DNA of 64,000 nt from Heterodontus francisci (Eukaryota). Below, piece by piece: positions 34,963-51,769 of the stretch; positions within the stretch are counted from its first letter, which is position 1; the number at the start of each line of letters is the position of its first letter. The notes beneath the pieces are model-generated. The model searched no databases. It saw only the letters and a list, made by a program, of their open reading frames with translations, and had not been told where the DNA came from. The stretch lies in the NCBI RefSeq assembly GCF_036365525.1, contig NC_090411.1, positions 26,672,819 to 26,736,818 on the forward strand, in the 5' to 3' direction. Made by a program: the position numbers and the translations under genes.

Positions 34963-35784
34963 CCATCTACAGTTGATCTTGTCTGTATATAGTTATACAT
35001 TATCATGCATACCACTAATACTATTAAAATTTGGCAACTTGTAGCTGTCATTTGAAGTCAGTTTACTTGCTGATTTCTTGCTGGTTGGTTCAGCTAGTTA
35101 CAATAGTGATTTGATTGGAGAGGAGCCTAGTTGTGTATCCTATTTGGGGGGGCGGGGGGGGGAGTTGAGTTTCTTGGGCTTTGACTTGCCAATGACCAAC
35201 TGTGTCTTCATGACGTGGTGACATGAGCTCAAATTGTCCAGAACAAATTGACATGGGTTCAAGTACTAGACTCTTGGGGGAGGTTGGGGGAGGGGGGAAA
35301 GATCTTGAATAAGAGTTACTATTCTACACCATAGTGAAATGCTTTTTCTGGCCTTGGGAGGTTACAAATTCCAGGGAAGCAAGCTTTTCTTTCCCAGCCC
35401 CTTCCTCCCAGCTAGCCCATCAAACATCTCATTAGGTTGTCTTGTACTGCAAGAGACACTTTTAAAATAACTTCTTGGGGGGGGGGGGGGTGGGGGAAGA
35501 AGGAAGAAAACCTTCTGTTCCCATTTCCTCATTGGATGCCATCTTCATCTACAGATCTAAGTTGCTTTCTATCAGCTGGTTAGGAACCTGTGTCCTCAAA
35601 TTATAACTGGTGTTGACTTTAGAATCTAAAGTCAAAGCAAATTGATTTGAGCCTTAAGAAGTGAACTGGTTAACTGGACCAAGTCCAGCTCTATCAAACT
35701 ATCCTGAATTTGACATCAAGCCATTGCTCTATTATTACTGAGTCAAAGTCTTGGAGCTCCTTAACAACGTCCTCTCTAAATTCT

Positions 35785-36110
35785 GGTTGCTGCGCAACCC
35801 CCACTGCCTTGTGGGTGTTGAGGTAGAGGCCAAGGCTAAGGGAGTAAACCCTAACAGATATTCCAGAGTGGAACCCCATAGGCAGTCATATGGCACCTTT
35901 GGCATGTTTCTGCAGCCATACCAGTGCCAAACGTCGTGCTCTGCACTCCTTTGGACCTCACCAGAAAGGCCGAGAGGGGGATTTTGACGACTGGGCAACT
36001 CTCAACCTCCGTAAACTCGCCCAGGCATAGGCCATGGAGAGGTCACTCCATAGTTGCCTCACAGCGACTGAAACAACATGGAAGGCAGCAGGCCAGTGCA
36101 AAGTCAATTA
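35785..36110. mobile_element. Unclassified inserted repeat downstream of copies 3 and 5 (paralog ~61325-61655)
   Basis: GC-richer block missing from the homologous flanks of copies 1, 2 and 4. Confidence 0.4.
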
Positions 36111-36357
36111 TAAGGTGGCAATTATAATCTTAAAGGCAACATTGCTTGTGTAGCACATTGCTGCACTGCTTTGAAGGACTGTTGCTCCTGATTTAACTGC
36201 AAAAGTCTCACTAGAGACAGTAGCAATTCAAGGCAGCTCACCCCTGTCAAGGGCAACTCGGGATGTGTCATAAATGTCTGTCTTCAAAAAAAAAATGAAT
36301 GAAATCCCATTGTTACCATGAATACAGCAGTTTGTGAATTTAAACATAGCAAGCTTT

Positions 36358-36810
36358 AATAGTCATAGTCGTACAGCATTGAAACAGGCCCTTCGGCCCA
36401 CCATGACCATCATGCCAATCTATACTAATCCCACCTGCCTGCATTAATTCCATATCCCTCTATGCCTTGCTCATTCAAGTATCTTTCCAGATGCCTCTTA
36501 AATGTCGCTACTGTTCCTGCCTCCACCACCACCTCAAGCAGCTCATTCCGGATACCCACCATTCTTTGTGAAAAATTTACCCCTTTGATCCCCTTTAAAC
36601 CTCCTCCCTCACACCTTAAATCTATGCCCTCTAGTTTTAGTTACCCCAACCATGGGAAACAGACTCTGGCTATCTACCCGATATATGACTCTCATAATTT
36701 TATATACCTTTATCATGTCCCCTCTCCGCCTCCTTCGCTCCAGGGAAAACAGACCCAGTTTTCCAATCTCTTTAGAACTCAAGCCCTCAAAACCAGGCAA
36801 CATCCTTGTG
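36358..36810 (-). mobile_element. CR1 LINE 3' end (paralog ~61905-62350)
   Basis: ORF 36609..36857 [24 protein letters not shown]; CR1 3'UTR hairpin GGCCCTTCGGCCC. Confidence 0.8.
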
Positions 36811-37272
36811 AAATAAAAACAAGAAATGTTGGAAATATTCAGCAGGTCTGGCAGCATCTGTGGAGAGAGAAGCAGAGTTAACGTTTTGGGTCAGTGACCC
36901 TTCTTCGGAACTGGCAAATATTAGAAATTTGGAAGGTTATAAGCAAGTAAAGTGGGGGTGGGGCAAGAGATAACAAAGGAGAAGGTGTAGATAGGACAAG
37001 GCCACAGAATAGCTGACCAGAAGGTCATAGAGCAAAGGCAAACAATATGTTAATGGTGTGTTGAAAGACAAAGCATTAGTACAGATAGGGTGTTAACGGA
37101 CTGAAAAATTGAACAGCAAGTATAAACATAAAAAAAAACAGTGGGTAAGCAAACTGAACAAACTAAGATGAAATAAAATAAACATACAAAGAAAAATGTA
37201 AAAATTGTAAAAAAAAGAAAAAATAACTAAAAGTAAAAGTAAAATGGGGGGCCCGTCATGCTCTGAAATTAT
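36810..37272 (-). mobile_element. Penelope-like element fragment (paralog ~62350-62810)
   Basis: Shares its terminal ~100 bp with 23781-23916, followed by an A-rich region; degenerate hammerhead core. Confidence 0.6.
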
Positions 37273-37279
37273 CTGAAAT

Positions 37280-39740
37280 AGATCGAGGTTATTAATATAT
37301 ATATCAGGTACAGCAGGGGTCCTAAACTTTCCTCCAGTCTGAAAAACATCCATTATCACTACTCTCTGTTTCCTATCACTCAGCCAATTTCATATCCATG
37401 TTGCTACTGTCCCTTTCATTCCATGAGCTAGAGCTTTGCTCACGAGTCTGTTTTTTGGCACTCTATCAAATGCTTTTGGAAGGCCATGTACACCACATCA
37501 ACAGCATTACCCTGATCAACCTTCTCTGTTACCTCATCAAAAACTCCAGCAAGTTGTTAACCATAATTTGCCATTCATAAAATAGGCTTTCTATAATTAA
37601 CCCACATTTGCCCAAGTGACTATAAATTTTATTCCAAGTTATCATTTCTAAAACCTTCCCAAAACTGATGTTAAACTGACTGGCCCGTAGTTGCTGGGCT
37701 TATCTTTACAACCTTTTTTGAACAATGGTGTAACATTTGCAATTCTTCAGGCCCCTGGCACCACCCCTGAATCTAAGGAAGACTGGAAAATTATGCCTTT
37801 GCAGTTTCCACTCTCACTTCCCTCAGTATCCTTGGATGCATCTCATCTGGTCCTGGTGCCTTATCAACTTTAAGTTCAGCTAGCCTATCCAATACCACCT
37901 CCTTATCAATTTTAAATCATTCAAGTGACTGAATTACTTCCTCTTTCATTATGTCCTGTGCAGCATCTTCTTCCTTGGTAAAGAGAGATGCAAAGTATTC
38001 ATTTAAAACCTCAGCCATGCCCCCTGACTCCATGTGTAAATCCCCTTTCTGGTCCCTAATTGGCACCACTCCTCCTTTCACCACCCTTTTACTATTTAAT
38101 ATTAATAAGAAGACTTTTGGAATTCCTTTTATATTTTCTGACAGCCTCTTTTCATATTCTCTCTTTGCTTCTCTTATTTGCATGTTTCACTTCCCCTCTG
38201 AACATTCCATATTCTGCCTGGTTCTCGGTTGTATTATGCATCTGTCATAAACACATTTTTTCTTCTTCATCTTAATCTCTATCTCTTTCATCGTCCAGGG
38301 AGCTCTGGATTTGGCTGCCCCACCATTCCCCTTCATGGGAATATACCTTGACTGTGCTCAGACTATCCCTTCTTTCAGGCAGCCCATTGTTAAATTATTG
38401 TTTTGCCTGCCAACCTTTGATTCCAATTTATCTGGGTCAGATCCATTCCTAACCCCATTAAAGTTAGCTTTCCCCCAATCATAGAAACATAGAAAATAGG
38501 AGCAGGGGTAGGCCATTCGGCCCTTTATGCCTTCTCCGCCATTCAAAAAAGATCATGGCTGATCATCTAATTCAGTACCCTGTTCCCACTTTCTCCCCAT
38601 GTCCCTTGATCCCTCTGGCATTAAGAAATATACCTCTCTCCTTCTTGAATATAGTTAATGACTTGGCCTCCACTGCCTTCTGACGTAGAGAATTCCACAG
38701 ATTCACCACCCTCTGCGTGAAGAAATTTCTCCTCATCTCGGTTCTAAATGGCATACCCCGTATCCTGAGACTGTGACCCCTGGTTCTGGACTCCCAGTCA
38801 TCAGGAACAACCTCCCTGCATCTAGCCTGTCTAGTCCTGTTAGAATTTTATAGGTTTCTATGAGATCCCCTCTCATTCTTCTAAACTCTAGCGAATGTAG
38901 GCCTCGTCGACCCAATCTCTCCTCATACATCAGTCCTGCCACCCCAGGAATCAGCCTAGTAAATCTTCTTTGCACTCCCTCCATGGCAAGAACATCCTTC
39001 CTCAGATAAGGAGACCAAAACTGCCCACAATACTCCAGATGTGGTCTCATCAAGGCCCTGTATAACTGCAGTAAGACATCCTTGCTCCTGTACTCAGATC
39101 CTCTTGCAATGAAGGCCAACATACCATTCGCCTTCCTAACTGCTTGCTGCACCTGAGTGCTTGCTTTCAGCGACTGGTATACAAGGACACCCAGGTCTCA
39201 TTGCACCTTCCTCTTTCCCAATCTATCACCATTCAGATAATAATCTGCCTTTCTGTTTTTACAACCAAAGTGGATAACCTCACATTTATCCACATTGGAC
39301 AGCATCTGCCATGCATTTGCCCACTCACTCAACTTGCCAAATCACATTGCAGCCTCTTTGCATCCTCCTCACAGCTCACATTCCTTTCCCGTCTTCCTGT
39401 TTCCTACTCTAGTGCAAGTATCTCTTTCAATTCTCTGTGCATCTTGGTGTTCCTCTGTTCTATTATCTCCTGGTTCCCACGCCCCTGCCAAGTTAGTTTA
39501 AACCCTTCCCAATAGCACGAGCAAATCACCCAACATGGATCCTGTCCCAGTTCTGTTCAAGTGCAACCTGTCCAGCCGCTACAGGTCCCATCTACTCCAG
39601 AACTGGTCCCAGTGTCCCAGCAATCTAATGCCCTCACTCCTGCGCCATCTTTCCAGCCACACATTCATCTGCTCTCTCCTCTATTTCTCGACTCACTTGT
39701 GCTTGGTACCAGGAATAATCCAGAGATTACTACGTTAACG
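37280..39740 (-). mobile_element. Old decayed CR1 LINE interrupted by a younger CR1 at ~38481-39380 (paralog 62820-64000)
   Basis: ORF 37917..38183 (old element) and ORF 38733..39152 (younger element, with an intact CATAGAAA-type tail at 38479-38497). Confidence 0.85.
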
Positions 39741-42700
39741 ACCAGAGATTACCACTCCTCCTGGCTGGCCTCCCGCAATCTATCCTCCATACACCTGAGG
39801 TCATTGAGAACTCCAATGTCCTTGCCCTAATTCACTCATCATGCCTATCATCGCTGACACACATTGGCTCCTGGTTAAGCAACACCTCAATTTCAAAAGT
39901 CTCATCCTTCTTTTCAAATCCCTTCATTGCCTCTCCCCTCCGTAATGCTGCAATCTCCTCCAGCCCCACAGTCCTCGAGATATCTGCACCCCTCTAATTC
40001 TGGCCTTTGTGCATCTCCAATTTTAATCGCTTAACTATTGGCGGCTGTACCTTCAGCTGCCAAGAGCCTAAGTTCTGGAATTCTCTTCTTAAACCTTCTC
40101 GCCTTTCTACCTCTCTCTCTCTCCTGCTTTGAGATGCTCCTAAAAATCAGGCTCTTTGCCCAAACTTTTGTCACCTCCATTTAGAATCAGCCTCTCCCTC
40201 ACTTACCTTCCATTGCATCAAAATCATGAGGGGCCTGGACGGAGTAGATAGGAAGAAACTGTTCCCACTCGTGAAAGGATCGAGAACAAGAGGGCACAAA
40301 TTTCAAAAAATTGGTAAAAGAAACAAAAGTGACATGAGGAAAACTTTTCCACACAGCGTGAGGTTAAGGTTTGGAAAGAACTGCCTGACAGTGCGGTGGA
40401 GGCAGGTTCAATGTAGGCTTTCAAAAGGGAATTAGACTGTTATATGAAAAGGAAGAATGTGCAGGGTTACAGGGAGAAGGCGGGGAATGGCATTAGGTGA
40501 AATGTTGATTCGCAGAGCCGGTGCAGACACGATGGGCCGAATGGTCTCCTTCGGTGCTGTAACAATTCTACAATTCCGAAATGCTGCTGCTTTCAAGCTG
40601 GAAGGCCTCTGATTGGCCCTGCCTGCTATCCTTAATTGAACGATGAGTCCATCCTCTGGCTATTAATTGTCCTTCCCAGGGAAAATCACAGTGAGTGACT
40701 GTTCCCCACACAGTGCAGGTTCAGAAGCCCGCAGGGAAATTCCAGCCTTAAAGGTGGAGGCGAACACAGTGAAGACTGATTCTGTCGTCAGCTGATGTCC
40801 ACTCACACGTACACACGTGCTCACAAATACACACACTAACACATGCACACTCACATGTGTGTTCGCACAGGCGTGGCTGTGTGCATCCTCTCTCAGGCAT
40901 TAGATCTCATTCTCTATTCAAAGAAGAGCAGGGAATTTTCCTTCAGCTTACATCACTAAAACAGGCTATCTGGTGGTCATTACCACATTGCTGTTTGTGG
41001 GAGCTTGCTGTGCACAAATTGGCTGCCGAATTTCCTACATTACAACAGTGACAACATTTCTAAAGTACTTCATTAGCTGCAACGTGCTTTGGGTTTTTCA
41101 GACTTCTTCCTTTCGAGTTCTGCGACGGTCATCTGTCTGTAAGACACAAGGGCCGGGATTTTCAATTGTCGGTTGAGTGGGGAAGGAGTGTTGGCGCAAT
41201 TTGAAAACCGCCACCTCCTGAAAGCGAGGCAATTTTCAAAGGGAGGGCAGGAGGGCAGCAACGGGAAACACGTCTGCCTCAAATTAACAACTCATTAGGC
41301 TCCTTGAGGAGCTTGTTAACAGACTGGGGCAGGTAAGGAAGCAATTTTTAAAGCTTTATCGCCGAACCCAAACAGGATCTTGCACAGCCGTCAGGTCCAA
41401 AGCGGGAGAGGTGAAAGTTCTTTTATTGGTGATGGCAAATTTCTGGAGCTGGGGGATTTTGTGCAGGATCGTGCACATGACCGTCCATTTGGCCGTTTCG
41501 CCACTTTTGTGCTGGGTGAGGCTGCGGCCCTGCGAGGAGCTGCCTGCTCTCTTCTGTAAGACAGTGGTAGGCCCCATCATGGCTGCCATCTGCAGACTCA
41601 GGACCCTGAAATTATCCGGCCTCATGTTCCCGAAACCAATTTGAAAATCCAGCCAAAGATTTCACAGCAACAATATCCTAGGAACTGAGCTCAAAAAACT
41701 CTCTGACCTGAGCTTTCAGAGTTTGCTTTCAATGCCACCTACTGTTGGTGCAGTGAACACAAAGAAAAATGGTGGCCTGGAAATAACAGTGCAATATTAT
41801 TGGGCAAACACTTTAATTTATTCTTGAGATGTGAGACTCACTGGCAAGGCCAGCATTTATTGCCCATCTCCAATTGTCCTTGAGAAGGTGCTGGTGGGAC
41901 TTGTTCTTGAACCACTGTAGTCCACATGCTGAAGATTCTCCCATCGTGATGTTCGGAAGGGAGTTCTATGATTTTGATCCAGTGACGATGAGGGAACAGT
42001 GATTTATGTCCAAGTCAGAATGGTGCGTGACTCAGAGGGGAACTTGGAGGTGGTGGCGTTCCCATACACCTGCTTCCTTTGTCTTTCTAGCTGGTGGAGG
42101 TCACATGCTAGGGAGGGGCTGTCGGAGTAGCCTTGGCGAGTTGCTGCAGTGTATCCTGTAGATAGTGCACATGGCAGCCCCGGTGGAAATGGACCTTTAA
42201 GTTACTTGACATGTTGTTTTGTCTCTTAAGTTAATCGATTTATTTTAAATTAGTTCATGACTTCACTAAAGTACAAGACAAAGGAAGATGTTCTTAGTGT
42301 AATATTGAACAGTATAATATCCTAAACTGCAACCTGGTATTTGAAACAACTATTGAACAAAAGTAACTTGCTTCCACCAATCTGCCTTTGATCATGCCTT
42401 TTAATTGACTGGTTATCTTCAATTCTCCAGGACCATACAGACCACCAATCCACTGTTGAAGGCTGTTTTAGTTTGTATTATGTAGAATAGGAGGAGGCTC
42501 ATGTGGAGCATAATTGCCAGCATGGACCAGTTGGGCCGAGTGGGCAGTTTTTGTGTTGTACATTGGATATAATTCTATGTAAACAGTATCAGAAACTAAC
42601 TCATTGGAAACATTTTTGACAGTAGATGATTGTTGATACAATTAAAGACTGAATATAGGGATAATACAATGGCAGGCACGTGATATGCATCCAGCAACTG

Positions 42701-43147
42701 ATTCCTGGGGAAATTAGACAAGGGGGCCTGAGGCCTACCATGTAGCTGAGGTACTCAGCACTTTAGGGCATTGCTTTTCAAACTGGCCTCCCTACAACCC
42801 AGGGAATCCTCAAGGTGATTGCAGGAGGTTCTGAATGGGTCACAACGTCTTCAGATGTCAACCTGTCATCAGATACCTACATTGGTTGACCCACAAGCAC
42901 ATTATTTCTGTTGCTGTATACTCATAGAAAAATGTTTTCTGCAAATGACGTTTCTATTTTCCAATGGTCTCCCAGCACTGCCATTTAAAAGTTAGGATAG
43001 GGAGTCCCTCAGAGTAACAAACTAATGTAACTTTACAGATCTGCGTCAAGCTTGCCTTAAAATCTCCCCATAACTGACAAAATGAGGTTCTGGTGTATAT
43101 TTTATTGCCATTTGTATGTCGGGGCACCTTTCAGCATTTGCACTTTT

Positions 43148-43395
43148 GAGGGAAGTCAAAGATCAAATAAGCTGTTACATCATGGTTGAATTGTCAATCA
43201 AAGGAATCTTGCCTTCAACATTCTGATTGGCTCCTGGGTCCCAAATCCAACCCTGTGTTGATTGGAATCCTTGGCCATGGCAGCTGTTCAATTGATTAAC
43301 GATTGGTCGGTCATCATTGATGATGTCATTTCCTGCTTAATAAAATGGTGTTGGGGTCCTGCAGAATAAATTCAAGTCCTTTGATAGTGTAGTTT
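43148..43395 (+). promoter_or_regulatory. Proximal promoter of ferritin copy 4 (TATA changed to AATAAA)
   Basis: Homologous block; AATAAA at 43365-43370. Confidence 0.55.
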
Positions 43396-43466
43396 TCGAT
43401 CTTTGGTGTTAATGTTAAATTTGTGATAGTTTTTTGTTGGTGTAATTTTAAAACTAAATTCTCAAA

Positions 43467-47691
<4,225 letters not shown>

Positions 47692-47824
47692 TTTGACATC
47701 ACATTGCCTAACTATTTGAATGTAGACTACTTTGTCATGTGCATTTCCAATTGTATGCAGATAAAATGTGGCTTTCTGTGTAAAAAGCTGTATCAAAAGA
47801 ATTGAATTGTTCCACATTACTTGA

Positions 47825-47830
47825 AATAAA
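47825..47830 (+). terminator. Polyadenylation signal, copy 4
   Basis: AATAAA at the conserved position after the stop. Confidence 0.7.
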
Positions 47831-49729
47831 ACTATCTTCAATTGATATTTGTCTGAAGTTATATACTATCATGCAGACCACTGACACTACTTTTAAAATT
47901 TGGCAACTTGTAGCTCAGTCATTTGAAGTCCATTTATTTGCTGTTAACTAGCTGAGCCAACCAGCAAGTAACAATTGTGAATAGACTGAATCTTCAACTG
48001 GGTTCCCCTCCAATTGGGGAAAGGTGAAAGTTTCTTGGGCTTTGACTTGCCAATGACTTCAGCTGTGCCTCTATCACATGTGGTGACACATAAACTCAAA
48101 TCATCCTGAACCAATTGTTATGGGTTGAAGTACTAGACCCCTGGGGGAGTGGAGGGGAAGATGTTGAACAAGAATTACTATTCTAGGCCAAAGTGAAATG
48201 CTTTTTCTGGCCTGGGGAGGCTACAAATTCAAGGCAACAAGTTACTTTTGCCTTTCCCAGCCTTTCCTCCCATCGAACACCTCATCTCATTAGGTTGTTT
48301 TCTTGCTGTGCTGCAAGAATGTCTGTAAAATAACTTTTGGGGAAAGAAGGAACAAAACCATCTGTTCCCAGTTCCTCATTTGATGCCATCTTCATCTACA
48401 GATCTAAGTTGCTTTGTCAGATGGCTAGGAAGTTAAGTGTCTTCAAGTTATGACAGGTGTGTACTTTAGAAGCTCAAGTCAAAGCAAATTGACTTGAGCC
48501 AAAACATGTGAGCTGGCTGGACCAAGTTCAGCTCTGTCTCAAACTATCTTGAATTGGACAGAAAGCTATTCCTCTATTGTTGCTGGGTCAAAGTCTTGGA
48601 AGTCTTCAACTTCGATTTGCTGTGCATGACAGTGCCGAGTCTGTTTTCAGTTGGATATGCATGCATATATCTTAAAGGGTACGTTGCTTATGCAGAGCCT
48701 GTTGGTCCTTGTGTGGCACATTCCTGGTTGCTGCACTGCTTTGAAGGACCATTTATCCCCACCTAACATTGTTCAGAAATCTCACTGGAGACAGTAGCAA
48801 TTCAAGGCAGCTCACCACCACCCTCAAGGGCAACTCGGGCTGGGTCGTAAATGCCTGTTTTTTTTTTTTACATTTTATTTAAAAAAAAATGAAATCACAG
48901 TTGCAATAAATACAGCAGTTTGTGAATTTAAACATAGCAAGCCTAATGTCCTGTAATCTAATTTGAAGTATTGAAATAAATTGTCCACTTTTCATTTAGT
49001 GGCTGCACTTTCTAAGTTGAAGAATGGTCAATGTCCTGCATTTCTTAGCTTTCCCCATCTTTCAACTGTGTACAGATTATCTTATACAGGAGGTGGCTTT
49101 CCTGTAATATAAGTCAATGATCTCTTCAGCTAGTTTCCATTGCCTGAAAGGCTCAGAGAGGAATTTTCTTTCTCTCCTTCATGGATTTTTATCTGGCGGT
49201 CTCTTGCCTCTTGCAGGAGATTACATGGTTTTGGGTGGGTGTAGTGTCTGTATTAAGAGCCATGAGAGCACAACTGTTTGGAACAGGCTCAATTGATCAG
49301 TTGGTCTCTTCATGGGTACTGGTGAGCCAGACTCACTGACACAAATTAACCATTTATATAATAAAAGCAAAATATTGCAGATGCAGGAAATCTGAAATAA
49401 AAACAAGAAATGCTGGAAATACTCAGCATATCGGGCAGCATCTGTGGAGAGAAGCAGAGTTAACATTTCAGGTCAGTGACCCTTCAGAACTTAACCACTT
49501 ATATCATGTGCTAAAAGGCACTTTTCCCCCAACGAGGAGAGAATATTCTAATTGAGACTGAGCCAGTGTTCTATACAAGTTTAACATAACTTTCTTGCTT
49601 CTGTACTCTATGACCCTATGAATGAACCCGAGAATGCTGTATGCTCTATTAACAGCTCTCTCAACCTGTCCTGCCACCTTTAATGATTTATGCACATATA
49701 CACCCAGGTCCCTCTATATAATACAATAT

Positions 49730-51755
49730 CGTGCAGAAGAGGCCCTTTAGCCCATTGAGACTGCACCGATGCATTAAAGACACCTGACCTGTCTACCTAA
49801 TCCCATTTGCCAAAACTTGGCCCATAGCCTTGAATGTTATGACGTGCCAAGTGCTCATCCAGGTGCTTTTTAAATGATGTGAGGCAACCCGCCTCTACCA
49901 CCCTCCCAGGCAGGGCATTCCAGACCGTCACCACCCTCTGGGTAAAAAAGTCCTTTCTCAAATCCCCCTTAAACCTCCCGCCCCTCACCTTAAAACTTGT
50001 GTCCCCTCGTAACTGACCCTTCAACTAAGGGGAACAGCTGCTCCCTATCCACCCTGTCCATGCCCCTCATAATCTTGTACACCTCGATCAGGTCACCCCT
50101 CAGTCTTCTCTGCTCCAGCAAAAACAACCCAAGCCTCTCCAACCTCTCTTCATAGCTTAAATGTTCCATCCCAGGCAACATCCTGGTGAATCGCCTCTGC
50201 ACCCCCTCCAGTGCAATCACATCCTTCCTCTAATGTGGTGACCAGAATTGCACACACTACTCCAGCTGTGGCCTTACCAAAGTTCTGTACAACTCCAACA
50301 TGATCTCCCTGCTTTTATAATCTATTTGTATCCCTATTAACCTGCCCTTCTGCCTTCAGAGGTCTATGGACAAACACGCCAAGGTCCCTTTGTTCCTCGG
50401 AACTTCCCAGTGTCAGGCCATTTATTGAATATTTCCGTGTCACATTACTCCTTCCAAAGTGCATCACCTCACACTTTTCAGCGTTAAATTCCATCTGCCA
50501 CTTTTCTGCCCATTTGACCATCCCGTCTATATCTTCCTATAACCCAAGACACTCCACCTCACTGTTAACTACTCGGCCAATCTTCGTGTCATCCGCGAAC
50601 TTACTGATCCTACCCCCACATAGTCATCTATGTCGTTTATATAAATGACAAACAATAGGGGACCCAGCACAGACCCCTGTCGTACGCCACTGGACACTGG
50701 CTTCCAGTCACTAAAACAGCCGTCTGTCATCACTCTCTGTCTCCTACAGCTAAGCCAATTTTGAATCCATCTTATCAAGTTACCCTGTATCCCATGTGTA
50801 TTTTCTTTCTTGATAAGTCTCCCATGTGGGACCTTGTCAAAGGCTTTGCTGAAATCCATGTAAACTACATCAACTGCACTGCCCTCATCGACACACACGG
50901 TCACATGCTCAAAAAATTCAATCGGCATGACCTCCCTCTTGCAAAGCCATGCTGACTATTCCTAATCAAATTTTGCCTCTCCAAGTGGAGATAGATTCTC
51001 TCCTTCAGAATTTTCTCCAATAGTTTCCCAACCACTGACGTGAGACTCACTCGTCTGTAGTTCCCTGGCTTACCTCTACAAACTTTCTTAAATAGTGGGA
51101 CCACATTAGCTGTTCTCCAGTCCTCTGGCACTTCCCCCGTGGCCAGAAAGAAATTAAAAATTAGGGTCAGAGCCCCTGCAATCTCCACCCTCGCCTCCCA
51201 CAGCATCCTGGGACACAAATCGTCCGGACCTGGAGATTTGTCCACTTTTAAGCCTGCCAAAACCTCCAATACCTTGTCACTCCCTATGACAATTTGCTCA
51301 AGAACCTCACAGTCTCTCTCTTTGAGTTCCATATCTACATCCACATTCTCTTGGGTGAAGACAGATGTGAAGTATTCATTCAACACCCTACCAATGTCCT
51401 CTGGCTCCACCCACAGATTTCCCCCTTGGTCCCTAATGGGTCCTACGCTTTCCCTTGTTATGCAATGTGGCTGTCCCTTTTTTATTTCTAAACTCCACCC
51501 ATAAAGCTTCATTTGATGCCCCTCCAAGGTATCATCTCTCCTTACTGCAGTAACCGACTCCTTAACTAATATTGTAATGACCCCTCCTCTTTTACCCCTC
51601 CTCTGTCTCGCCTGAAGATTCTATATCCCGGGATATTGAGCTTCCAATCCTGCCCCTACCTCAACCATGTCTCTCTCGGTGATGGCTACTATATCACAAT
51701 TCCACGTGTCAATCCTTGCCCTTAACTCATCTGCTTTACCTGTAATACTCCTGCA
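49730..51755 (-). mobile_element. CR1 LINE (duplicate of 24150-26165)
   Basis: ORFs 50901..51527, 50569..50928 and 49990..50220. Confidence 0.9.
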
Positions 51756-51769
51756 CCCCCTTTAGAGTT

